A DNA stretch of 64,000 nucleotides from Candidatus Latescibacterota bacterium (lineage in GTDB: Bacteria > Latescibacterota > UBA2968 > GCA-2709665): contig OZ220733.1 of NCBI GenBank assembly GCA_965116875.1, forward strand, positions 1,440,001-1,504,000, written 5' to 3'. Positions 30,619 through 39,347 of the stretch are shown here, piece by piece. The position numbers were made by a program, and so were the translations under genes. Within the stretch, counting starts at the first letter, position 1. The number at the start of each line of letters is the position of its first letter. Under the pieces are notes generated by a model. The model was not told where the DNA came from. It made no database searches and saw only the letters and a list, made by a program, of their open reading frames with translations.

Positions 30619-31932
30619 ATGTCGATACTTGCGATTCTGCTACTCATTGCCGCGGTGCTGCACGTAACGAGATCGCGTGTCTCAGCCGCCGAAATCGAAC
30701 TTTCGGCCGGCGCGGCCAGGACCGACGTCACGCCCGATCCGGCGATGGTGAACTGGGTGGACGGGAAACCGTACGACGGGGTCCTGGATCCCCTCGCCCT
30801 GCGAGGGCTCGTTCTCTCGGACGGCGATACCGAGTTCGCTCTGATCTGCTGGGATCTCATTGACGCCACGGAGGAATGCGTCATCGACGTGCGGCGGTCC
30901 GTTCGAGGCGCAACGGGTATCCCCGAAACGCACGTCCTCGTGGCCGCTTCCCACACCCACTCCTCGCCCCGGTCCCCGTTTGCCCCGTCCACGTTTCCCG
31001 GCCGCAGGAGCGAACGGCTGAGAGCCTTACTGGACGATCCCGTTTTCGAGGCCTGGAGCCGGCGTCTGCCCGGACAATGCGCGGAGGTGCTGAAACGAGC
31101 GCAGAACCGGCTGCAGCCCGTTACGTTGAACATCGGACGCGCGAACGTCTCGGAATGGCTGTTCAACCGGCGGCCGCTGGATCCACAAGGCAACGTCGTA
31201 ACGATGTTTCGGCCCGGGAATCCGCATGCGCTTCCCAACGGACTGCGTTTCGGATCGCTGGACCCCACCCTGACCGTGCTCACCCTTCAAGGTACGGACA
31301 ACACCAGCGTTGCCACCGTTTACAGCCTGCCGTGCCACTCCGTTTCCATTTACCCCTTCCACCGCGGGGTTTCGGCGGACTGGCCAGGGCCGGCCAATGA
31401 GCGGATTTCCAGGGTCCTGGGCGGCGAAACCTTCTTCCTGCAGGGCTGCGCGGGCGACATCGTCCCGGCCGCGCGAGGAGAGGAGGCGCGCACGAAAATG
31501 GCCCGTTTCTTCGCGGAACGGGCCATCGCTGCGGCTCGGAATTCCCACCGCCTGCCGTCATCACCTCTGAGGATTTCAAGCGGGATTGCCAGCCTGCCAC
31601 TCGTTTCCGACGCGCGAAACCATGCAGGCGCCGACGTCCGGCCGGTCGAAATCCAGGCGGTCGTCTGCGGACCCTTCGGCCTGGCCGTGCTGCCGGGAGA
31701 ACCCCTCAACGGGCTGGCGCGCGAGATTCAGGCGCGTTCACCCCTCCCGCACACGCTGGTCATCGGCTATGCCAATGGCCGCGGGGTGAGTTACATTGGA
31801 CTTCCCGGAGAAAAAGCCAGAGGTGGGTACGAAGCAGGCGCGGGCCAGGGTACCGAAGAAGCCGGCGACGTTATGGTCCGGACGGCCGTTCGGCTTCTGC
31901 AGGAAACGGTTGACGGCGACTCGGCGGGTTGA
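30619..31932 (+). CDS. Neutral/alkaline ceramidase-like hydrolase with signal peptide
   Basis: Signal peptide; GAARTDVTP, SHTHSSP, FNRR, PCH, QGCAGD, PGEP. Confidence 0.82.
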   Translation: MSILAILLLIAAVLHVTRSRVSAAEIELSAGAARTDVTPDPAMVNWVDGKPYDGVLDPLALRGLVLSDGDTEFALICWDLIDATEECVIDVRRSVRGATGIPETHVLVAASHTHSSPRSPFAPSTFPGRRSERLRALLDDPVFEAWSRRLPGQCAEVLKRAQNRLQPVTLNIGRANVSEWLFNRRPLDPQGNVVTMFRPGNPHALPNGLRFGSLDPTLTVLTLQGTDNTSVATVYSLPCHSVSIYPFHRGVSADWPGPANERISRVLGGETFFLQGCAGDIVPAARGEEARTKMARFFAERAIAAARNSHRLPSSPLRISSGIASLPLVSDARNHAGADVRPVEIQAVVCGPFGLAVLPGEPLNGLAREIQARSPLPHTLVIGYANGRGVSYIGLPGEKARGGYEAGAGQGTEEAGDVMVRTAVRLLQETVDGDSAG

Positions 31933-32884
31933 ACGACGAATTCCCCGAGATGGCGTCGATCAGCTCCATCGTCTTCAAAGCGTCGTCCAGACTACAGGCC
32001 GGGAACGGAAGCGCACCCCCATCCCGGACCCATGTCAGGAACGTGCGGTCCTGCTGATAGAATCCCGGCTTGTAGCGGCGATCGATGTCATCCCCTTCCA
32101 CGTTCTCCGGCTCTCCGCCCCTGCGTCTCCATGTTGCGGCCCGCCCAAGATCTGACGTGAAGGTAACCCCACTGCCGCGCACTTCCACGCGGTGCCCTCC
32201 CGGAGCGAACCAGTCCATAGACGCACGCCCGACCGCCCCGCCTGCGAAGGTCAACAGCGCCGAACAGCAGTCCGGCATGGGGCCCTCCACGGTACGGTGC
32301 ATCGTCCGGACACTCGCCACGTCACCCCCGAAGAATCGCAGCAGGTCCAGCGCGTGGATGCCGTTTGCCGCGCTCCAGCGTTTCATGACCTCTTCCGGAA
32401 ATTTCGGGTTTTTCCGGACCCGCCGGATATCCTCGTGGGCGTCCACTGTGACGCTTTGTACCGGACCGGATTCGAGCAGCAGCTCCCTGCCCTTGAGAAG
32501 CGTGGAATAGAACCGCCGATTGACGCCCACCATCGCCGGCGTACCCACCGCTCGCGCCAGATCGGCCAGCGCACGGGTCTGGGACGTATAGAGACCGGGA
32601 GGCTTTTCCAGAAAGGTCGGGATACCGGACCGAATGAAGTCTGCGGCGACCGGGGCGACCTGGAGGACACTCACGAGAACGAAAACCGCGTCCGGCCGGT
32701 CCCCTTCCAGCAGGTCCTCGTGCGAACTCAGGCGTTTCGACACGCCGAACCGCGCACCGGTCTCTTCCAATACGCGGGGGTTGTTGTCCACAAGCGTCGT
32801 CACACGCCCTTCGCGCAGGTCGGTGAGTACTTTCAGGTGTCGCTGTGCGATATTTCCGGCTCCCACGACCGCGATGTTCAGCAT
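31871..32884 (-). CDS. Gfo/Idh/MocA oxidoreductase
   Basis: IAVVGAGNIA, EKPP, GVNRRF, GIHALD. Confidence 0.9.
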   Translation of the reverse strand: MLNIAVVGAGNIAQRHLKVLTDLREGRVTTLVDNNPRVLEETGARFGVSKRLSSHEDLLEGDRPDAVFVLVSVLQVAPVAADFIRSGIPTFLEKPPGLYTSQTRALADLARAVGTPAMVGVNRRFYSTLLKGRELLLESGPVQSVTVDAHEDIRRVRKNPKFPEEVMKRWSAANGIHALDLLRFFGGDVASVRTMHRTVEGPMPDCCSALLTFAGGAVGRASMDWFAPGGHRVEVRGSGVTFTSDLGRAATWRRRGGEPENVEGDDIDRRYKPGFYQQDRTFLTWVRDGGALPFPACSLDDALKTMELIDAISGNSSFNPPSRRQPFPAEAERPSGP

Positions 32885-32951
32885 TTCGTCCTGTTCCGTG
32901 TAAGCGTTGCACACCCTGAAGAATTATCCAAGCGACCGCCGGTCGCTTAAA

Positions 32952-33083
32952 GGCGGTGAGACGGGAGAGGGGAGAGGGGAGAAGAAACCCTTGCCCGATA
33001 TTCTATTCCTTCTTGCCTCCGGCACGAGAAGAAACCTCGCAAGGCAGGTAATCTCTACCGTCTCCCGTCTACCCTCTACCCGC
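32952..33083. repeat. Intergenic repeat family B, copy 2 (inverted)
   Basis: Reverse complement aligns with 19899-20015; heptamer-like ends (ggagagg / ctaccgt). Confidence 0.75.
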
Positions 33084-33085
33084 TC

Positions 33086-33244
33086 TTATTCCTTTCCATC
33101 TTCCATCCGATGCTGGCGATCGATGGATTCGAACAGGGACCTGACGTTGAAAAAACCTCCGATGCCCACGACAACGGTGACCACGGCGAAGATGAGCAGT
33201 CCGAGAAGGAGTACGCCGCCCCAGAAAGGAACCCAGAATGCCAT
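33086..33244 (-). CDS. 52-aa single-TM protein, likely SSS transporter accessory subunit
   Basis: Below the ORF-track cutoff: MAFWVPFWGGVLLLGLLIFAVVTVVVGIGGFFNVRSLFESIDRQHRMEDGKE; AAGGAGG RBS; starts 3 nt after the symporter stop. Confidence 0.75.
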   Translation of the reverse strand: MAFWVPFWGGVLLLGLLIFAVVTVVVGIGGFFNVRSLFESIDRQHRMEDGKE

Positions 33245-33247
33245 GAA

Positions 33248-34795
33248 TCACGCCTCCTTTTCACCCGTCGAACGGTCGGGAAACAGTAGAGAGCCGAGAA
33301 CCATCAGGGCAAGCGCCAGGACGGTCACCCCAAGGCCGATGTGCGCGCCGGTGAGGACGTCCAGGCCCAGGGCCCGTTTTACAGGCGTCAGTCCGGCGAC
33401 GGCAGCGGCGCCGGCCACAAGGGCGAGGTACGCCCCAACCGTGCTGGCGCGCTTCCAGTAAAGGCCGGTGAGGAGCAGGGCGAACGCGCCCGTGAAGTAG
33501 ATGGCGCCGCTCACGAGCATGTAGTCCCAGAGGTCCTGGCCAAGCTCGTACCAGAGCCCCCACACGAGCAGAAAGGCGCCGATGACGAATATGAAGATCC
33601 GGGAGAGGGTCAGGCGCGCGCGGGTGGAAAGGGTATTGCCGGTGGCGGGGGCGACCACGTCATGCGTGAGCACCGAAGACCAGCAGAGCAGGTAGCTGTC
33701 GTGGGTGGACATGAACGCGGCAAGCAGTCCCGCACCTATCAGGCCAATGAGACCCGCGGGAAGGATCTGGCTGAGGAAGACGGGCATGGCCAGAAGGGTC
33801 AGGTCCGCGTTCCCCGTGGGGACCCCTGCGGCGGAAAAAAAGACCGAACGGGTCGCGTCGTTCTGGTAGAGATAGACGAAAGCGCAGATGCCCAGGAACT
33901 GGGGCACCATGAAGCGGACGAGGAAACCGATCGCCGACCAGGCGTAGAGTTTCTTCACCACCGCCGTACTCTCCGCGGCGCAGGCCCGCATCACCGCGGT
34001 CTGCCATACTGCGCAGGAAACGATCCCGGCGGTGAAGATCATCCAGACGACGTACGACGGGCCGAAACCGCCCCCCTCGTGAAGCGGATTGAACCCGGGC
34101 TCGCCGTGAATCGCCGCAACCGTTTCGACGATCGACGACCATCCCAGCCTGTCCACGGCGATGCCGCAGGTTACGAGAACGCCCAAGGAAAGCACGATGA
34201 ACTGGATGTAGTCGGTGAGCACAACCGAAACCATGCCCCCGAGAATGGTATAACACAGAACCAGCAGGAGCATCACGGTCATGATCAGACCGACCGACGT
34301 TGGATTCGTGACTCCCGTCAGCCCGGCGACAAAGATCGCGCCCGCCTTGAGGAACAGACCCATATTGAGGATGCCGGAAAGGGCGAGAAGCAGGCCGCCG
34401 AAGATGCGGACGCCCCGGCTGAACCGTTTTTCGTAGAATTCCGGAATCGTCATCACGCCCAGTTCGCGGAGCGGAACCACGATGAATCCGGTCAGGCCGA
34501 TGATCAGGGTCACGATGCCTGCGATGAGGCCGATGTGAAAGGCGGCAATCCCGCCGGTGAATCCCTTCTGGGCGGAATACATGACCGTCACGAGCCCGAG
34601 TTCGCTGCCGATCATCGTGGCCACGGCGAGATAGGGTTTCAGCGAACGGCCGGCGACGATATAGTCGCTCATGTTGCGGATGTAGCGGTTTGCGTACAGG
34701 CCGATCGCGACGGTGGCGAGCATATACAGGCCGACAATCGCCCAATCGACTGTGCCGAAGTTGGAACCGATGCTGTTCAGGAGATCGGAGGACAT
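33248..34795 (-). CDS. Sodium:solute symporter (SSS family)
   Basis: DYIVAGRSL, TIPEFYEKRF, YTILGGMVSVVLTD, AAFMST; many TM helices. Confidence 0.93.
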   Translation of the reverse strand: MSSDLLNSIGSNFGTVDWAIVGLYMLATVAIGLYANRYIRNMSDYIVAGRSLKPYLAVATMIGSELGLVTVMYSAQKGFTGGIAAFHIGLIAGIVTLIIGLTGFIVVPLRELGVMTIPEFYEKRFSRGVRIFGGLLLALSGILNMGLFLKAGAIFVAGLTGVTNPTSVGLIMTVMLLLVLCYTILGGMVSVVLTDYIQFIVLSLGVLVTCGIAVDRLGWSSIVETVAAIHGEPGFNPLHEGGGFGPSYVVWMIFTAGIVSCAVWQTAVMRACAAESTAVVKKLYAWSAIGFLVRFMVPQFLGICAFVYLYQNDATRSVFFSAAGVPTGNADLTLLAMPVFLSQILPAGLIGLIGAGLLAAFMSTHDSYLLCWSSVLTHDVVAPATGNTLSTRARLTLSRIFIFVIGAFLLVWGLWYELGQDLWDYMLVSGAIYFTGAFALLLTGLYWKRASTVGAYLALVAGAAAVAGLTPVKRALGLDVLTGAHIGLGVTVLALALMVLGSLLFPDRSTGEKEA

Positions 34796-34854
34796 AGGCG
34801 ATACCGAAGAAACCGCGGATCGTTCAAAGCCCCGATGGGGTTTCTTTTAACCTC

Positions 34855-35186
34855 TTAACAGTCCGTTGATAAAGTCGCTCTGCAGGCGAGGCTTGGTGTT
34901 CCGTCCCGGAAATATGTCACCATTCATCCGCCGATTCATCCCGTCTGGCGGCGTTGCCTTCGTTCGGTGACCGTAAGCAGGTCGCCTTGCTCAGGCGCCT
35001 TGCCAGCCGGGCGACTCGGCGGCCGAATTTCGGCAATCTATTTCCGGGGCGGAACACTTGCCATTGTGGCCGAAGACAAGGCGCGCGACCGAGTCCCATC
35101 CTGAGATTCGGCGAGGGAGCGCAACGCAGGTTTTCGACCGCAAGGGCCGGCCGTAGCCCGGATGGGCTTTTTCAACGGGCTGTTAA
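34855..35186. mobile_element. MITE family A, copy 1 (carries a nested element)
   Basis: Ends ttaacagtccgttgataaag / ctttttcaacgggctgttaa (18 of 20 inverted match); homologous to 61215-61306 and 63866-64000. Confidence 0.85.
34896..35057. mobile_element. 162-bp MITE nested inside family A copy 1
   Basis: TIRs gtgttccgtcccggaaata / tatttccggggcggaacac (18 of 19), flanked by a TTG direct repeat; absent from the 63.9-kb copy. Confidence 0.85.
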
Positions 35187-35800
35187 GGCCAGGTGGGGCG
35201 TTCCATCGAGAAAGATTCGTTGACGCAGACGTAGTCCAGGTACCCGAGACGCCCCACCGGTCTCAGGGCCACGGTGTCGACGTGCCCGTCCGTTATGGCC
35301 CAATCGGCAATGTGGATACCGACCACCTGACCGAAGACAACCGTGTTGGGATCGTCCGGATCGTCCGTGGGCAGGTCGACGGTCCGGGTATGGATACACT
35401 CAAGATGGACCGGGCTTTCCGCGACGCGGGGCGGCTTTACAAGTATCGACGGCGCCTGGGTGACGCCAGCGTATTCGAATTCGTTGACGTGTCCCGGGGC
35501 GGGCACGGCAGTGGCGTTCATGTGCGTTCGAAGTTCCCACGTGGCGAGGTTGACCACGAATTCTCCGGTTTCCTGCACGTTCCTTATCGAATCCTTCAGA
35601 CCGCCATGGCTGTGTGTAGTTGTCGCCGCGAATATGACCTGCGGCGGAACGTAGGCCACCGCGTTGAAGAACGAGTACGGCGCCAGGTTGATCGTACCCT
35701 CTGCGTCCATCGATGATATCCATCCTATCGGTCGGGGCACGACAATCGCGTTGAAGGGATCCCGGCGCAGCCCGTGATCTTCCGACGTCCTGTAAAACAT
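35183..35800 (-). CDS. Flavin reductase-like (DIM6/NTAB) protein
   Basis: VPRPIGWISS, NLAPYSFFN, GEFVVN, PRVAESPVHLEC. Confidence 0.92.
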   Translation of the reverse strand: MFYRTSEDHGLRRDPFNAIVVPRPIGWISSMDAEGTINLAPYSFFNAVAYVPPQVIFAATTTHSHGGLKDSIRNVQETGEFVVNLATWELRTHMNATAVPAPGHVNEFEYAGVTQAPSILVKPPRVAESPVHLECIHTRTVDLPTDDPDDPNTVVFGQVVGIHIADWAITDGHVDTVALRPVGRLGYLDYVCVNESFSMERPTWP

Positions 35801-35850
35801 GCTCGCGGCCTCTCATTCCCGAGGTCAGTTTGTTTTTCATGTCGCAGGGA

Positions 35851-36852
35851 CTACTTCCACTTGAACACAACGCCCAGCGCGGCTGCCGGATCATCGGCCA
35901 GCATCGTGTAGATTTCCTGGCACTGTTCCGGGGCGGCGACGTGGGTGATGAGGTCTTCGACGGGCAATCTGCCCTCCCCCATCAGACGCATCACCAGTCT
36001 GCGGTCCCGGTCCTTCGCCCATCGGTAGTAGATGTGATCGGCTTCCGGCGTCTTGGGCTGGTGGGCGCCCAGGATGCTGACTTCCCGCAGATGCACGTCG
36101 GCAAGGAAATCCATGTCGACGGTGCCGCGCGGCGAACCCAGCGCGACCACGCGGCCCGCGGTGCAGGCAAGCCGGACGGCGGTGGGATATACCGCGGGTT
36201 TCCCGGTCGCTTCGATTACGACGTTGGCGCCGTCTTCGACGCAGTATTGCCCCACCGCGTCCCGGACGTCGTCCACCTCTCCGGGATTGATGCAGATATC
36301 CGTACCGCGGCTGCGGGCCATATCCAGGCGAAAGCCGTCCAGGTCGATGGTGATCACCGGGAGGGCGCCGGAGAGCCGGGCCAGGGTCGCCGCCAACTGG
36401 CCGACAATCCCCAGGCCGATGACGACGACAACCTCTCCCAATTCGATACGCGCCACGCGAATTCCGTGGATGGCGATCGCCCCCATGACCATAAAGGCGG
36501 CGGCCCTGGGCGACACGGAGTCCGGAACCTTCACATAGAACGCCCTTCCGCCGTAGAGAATGCTGTGGCTGGCATGGTTTCCCTGGCCGGCGACGCGATC
36601 TCCCGGCCGGATGCCTTCAACGTCTTTGCCGACTTCCAGCACCGTGCCCACGTTGCAATAGCCGGTGGCGCGGGGAAACCGAACCGGGTTTCCGGGTTCT
36701 CCGCCGTGGATCCATCCGTGGATCTCGGTGCCCACGCTGACGGCTGTGTACTCGTTTTCCAGAAGGATCCCGTCATCTGGTACCGTACCCGTTTCGAAGG
36801 ACGCGACTTCCATCCGGCGAATACCGGGGATCTGGAGACGTCTGGCTTTCAT
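35851..36852 (-). CDS. MDR-family dehydrogenase
   Basis: VSVGTE, GYCNVG, GLGIVG, VIEATG. Confidence 0.88.
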   Translation of the reverse strand: MKARRLQIPGIRRMEVASFETGTVPDDGILLENEYTAVSVGTEIHGWIHGGEPGNPVRFPRATGYCNVGTVLEVGKDVEGIRPGDRVAGQGNHASHSILYGGRAFYVKVPDSVSPRAAAFMVMGAIAIHGIRVARIELGEVVVVIGLGIVGQLAATLARLSGALPVITIDLDGFRLDMARSRGTDICINPGEVDDVRDAVGQYCVEDGANVVIEATGKPAVYPTAVRLACTAGRVVALGSPRGTVDMDFLADVHLREVSILGAHQPKTPEADHIYYRWAKDRDRRLVMRLMGEGRLPVEDLITHVAAPEQCQEIYTMLADDPAAALGVVFKWK

Positions 36853-36915
36853 CTGCGAGTCCTTTCGAATTGCCCGCCGACGGATCCGCGCGAGGCAGTG
36901 AGACGGGGGCGTTGT

Positions 36916-37953
36916 TTACGCCTGCCCGCGATCCAGGGTATTGCGGAAGAGTCGAAGGAAGTTCCCTCCCCAGACTTTCCGGATTTCGTCTTCCGAGAGG
37001 CCGCGAGCGAGCATCGCGCGGGTGAGGCGCACAAGGTTCGAGACGTCTCCGAAGACAGGCGTCTTCGAACCCATACCGTCGTAATCGGAGCCGACGCCGA
37101 CGTGGTCGATGCCGACCAGGTCCGCCACGTGACAGATATGGTCGACCATCCGGTCCACGGAAGGATTTTCCGGATCGATAAAGCCCGGGAGAAACGCAAT
37201 ACCCATCACCCCGCCGACCCCGGCCAGCGCCCTGAGCTGATCGTCGGTCAGGCAGCGCCAGTGGTTGCAGACGGAAAAGGCCGCGGTGTGGGTCATCGTT
37301 ACCGGAAGCGATGACTGTTCCAGTACCTGGTAGAAAGCCCTGTCGTTGATATGGGCGAGGTCCGTGACGACGCCCAGCCGGTTGCTTTCCTTCAGCACAG
37401 CTTTGCCGAAGTCCGTCAGCCCGCTGGCGCTCCTGCGTTCCCGTTCACGGTCTTCAGGCGTACACGGCCCGAAAGGACTCCTGCTTCCCTGCAGCAGAAA
37501 GGGGTCGTCCCCGCCTTCGCCGTGGGTGATGCCGATGCAGCGAATGCCCAGGCGGTAGTAAAGACGCAATGTATCCATTTCGCCTTCCAGCCAGCGTCCC
37601 GCGCCTTCGATTGTGAGCAGGATGCCGATCTTGCCGGATTCCTTCGCCCGTTCAACGTCCCGGGACGAGAACACCAACATCAGATCGTCCGGATAAAGCT
37701 CCACAGACGCCAGGGTCTGTTCGAGGGTGACCCTGACGTTGGCGGTGGGACCGTTGCCGACGACGAAAAAGCCGGCGTCGAACCCGCCTTCCCGCATCCG
37801 CGGAATGTCCATGTGATACGCGAGGTCCCGTTTCTTCAGGTCCATCGGGCGATCGCCACGGTGTACATGCTCCACCGGCGTGTCGTTGTGGCCGTCGACG
37901 ATCAGGCAGCGATCGTGGACCGCCTGCGCTTCTTCAAGGGTGATTTCCGGCAT
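36916..37953 (-). CDS. Membrane dipeptidase family (M19)
   Basis: DGHND, IEG, DLAH, TH, HVGVGSDYDG, GGNFLR; start taken at MPEITLEE. Confidence 0.92.
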   Translation of the reverse strand: MPEITLEEAQAVHDRCLIVDGHNDTPVEHVHRGDRPMDLKKRDLAYHMDIPRMREGGFDAGFFVVGNGPTANVRVTLEQTLASVELYPDDLMLVFSSRDVERAKESGKIGILLTIEGAGRWLEGEMDTLRLYYRLGIRCIGITHGEGGDDPFLLQGSRSPFGPCTPEDRERERRSASGLTDFGKAVLKESNRLGVVTDLAHINDRAFYQVLEQSSLPVTMTHTAAFSVCNHWRCLTDDQLRALAGVGGVMGIAFLPGFIDPENPSVDRMVDHICHVADLVGIDHVGVGSDYDGMGSKTPVFGDVSNLVRLTRAMLARGLSEDEIRKVWGGNFLRLFRNTLDRGQA

Positions 37954-38011
37954 GTGGATTGTCCCTGGCTGAGTGGATTTGCGTGATGGATCGGTGCGCT
38001 TTGAGTGCACA

Positions 38012-39334
38012 CTACGGCGGATCGACGGGTACTTTCTGTCTCTTGCTGACCAGCGGGTCGTACGTGAACCCTTCGGAGCGTCTTTCGAACTCCGCGCGCG
38101 CCTTTTTCAATTTCTCCGGGTCCCTGCACAGGTCGACCGCACTACCGGCGAAGACTTTCGCCGTCTGCCGGACCGCGCGATCGGCGAAAGGCAGGGCAGC
38201 CTGCGCGGCCATGTCCCGGTGGTGGCCGGGCGTTCCCTTCGCGTAACAGACCATCTCGAAGCGTCCCAGAGGGGCCAGCCAGGAGACATTGTCCTCGTCC
38301 GTGGATCCCCGTCCCTGCGAGCCGCTGCCTTTGGCGATCTTCGTGTTGAACCCTTTCTTGTAGCCAAGGCCTTCGGCGTGCTTCACGTCGGCTTCCGTCG
38401 GTTTGGGAGGCCCGAAGAGCTTGAGATTCTTTCGGACGATCTCACACATCGCCTTGTTGGGCAGACGCGGGTACACGGCGGTGATTCGCGACCATTTCAT
38501 CTTCGTATCGGTAGCCCTGGCGGCGCCCCGGGCGCAGGCGGTGAGGCGTTCACGCACGTCGTCGACCTGCGCGCGGTCCTTGCCTCGAACGAAGTACCAG
38601 ATCTTGGCATAGGCCGGTACCACGTTGGGTGCGTCCCCTCCATCGCGGATCACGGAATGGATCCTGACGTTCTCGGGGACATGCTCGCGGAGATAGTTGG
38701 CGGCGACGTCCGTAAGCATCACCCCGTCCAGCGCGCTGCGGCCCCGGTGGGCCGACGCGCCGTGGGCGGTGCGGCCGAAGAACTCATAAACGAGGGAGTC
38801 CAACGACGACCCGCCGAAATTGTTGACGCCCGAAGCATCCCCCGGATGCCACGCAAGGCAGACGGCCAGGTCCCGGAAGGCGCCGTCGCGGGCCATGTAG
38901 ACTTTGCCACCCAGGGTTTCCTCCGCCGGACAGCCGTAGTAGACGATTTTGCCCGATACTCCGGTTGATTCAAGGATCTTCGCAGCGGCGACCGCACCCA
39001 CGGCCGGGGCAACGCCCAGGAGGTTATGGCCTCAGCCGTGACCCCATTGACCTTCTTCGGGGCCGCAGTTGGGCAGCGCGTCGTACTCCCCCAGCAGTCC
39101 GACCGCAGGTTCTCCTGCGCCCCGGGTCGCGCGAAACGCCGTGGGAATCTTCTTGAACGGAAATTCAACCTCGAAGCCACGAGAGTCCAGATAGTCCGCG
39201 ATCGCCCGGGAGGACTTGACTTCCCGGAAGGGCCGTTCCGCCCAGGCGTGCACCTTACCCGAAAGTACCCTTGCCCGTTTCGATTCCGCGGCGACGGCGC
39301 GGTTGACGAGACTCTTTTTTTCTTTTTTGGTCAT
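38012..39334 (-). CDS. M20 amidohydrolase (AbgB-like), 440 aa with in-frame TGA at codon 101 (candidate selenocysteine)
   Basis: Two same-frame ORFs joined: GEYDALP...GHG[TGA]GHNLLG...GCPAEE...WHP...GRTAHG...GSTD; GGGAGGG RBS before ATG 39334. Confidence 0.85.
39002..39031 (-). promoter_or_regulatory. Candidate bacterial SECIS element
   Basis: 3' of the UGA: GGCCAUAACCUCCUGGGC-GUU-GCCCCGGCC; apical loop begins with G, 18 nt after the UGA. Confidence 0.5.
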
Positions 39335-39347
39335 GGCACCCTCCCAT

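Noticed and set aside
31871-31932. 62-bp convergent overlap of two genes
   Set aside because: Most simply a lost stop codon giving a low-complexity tail; common.
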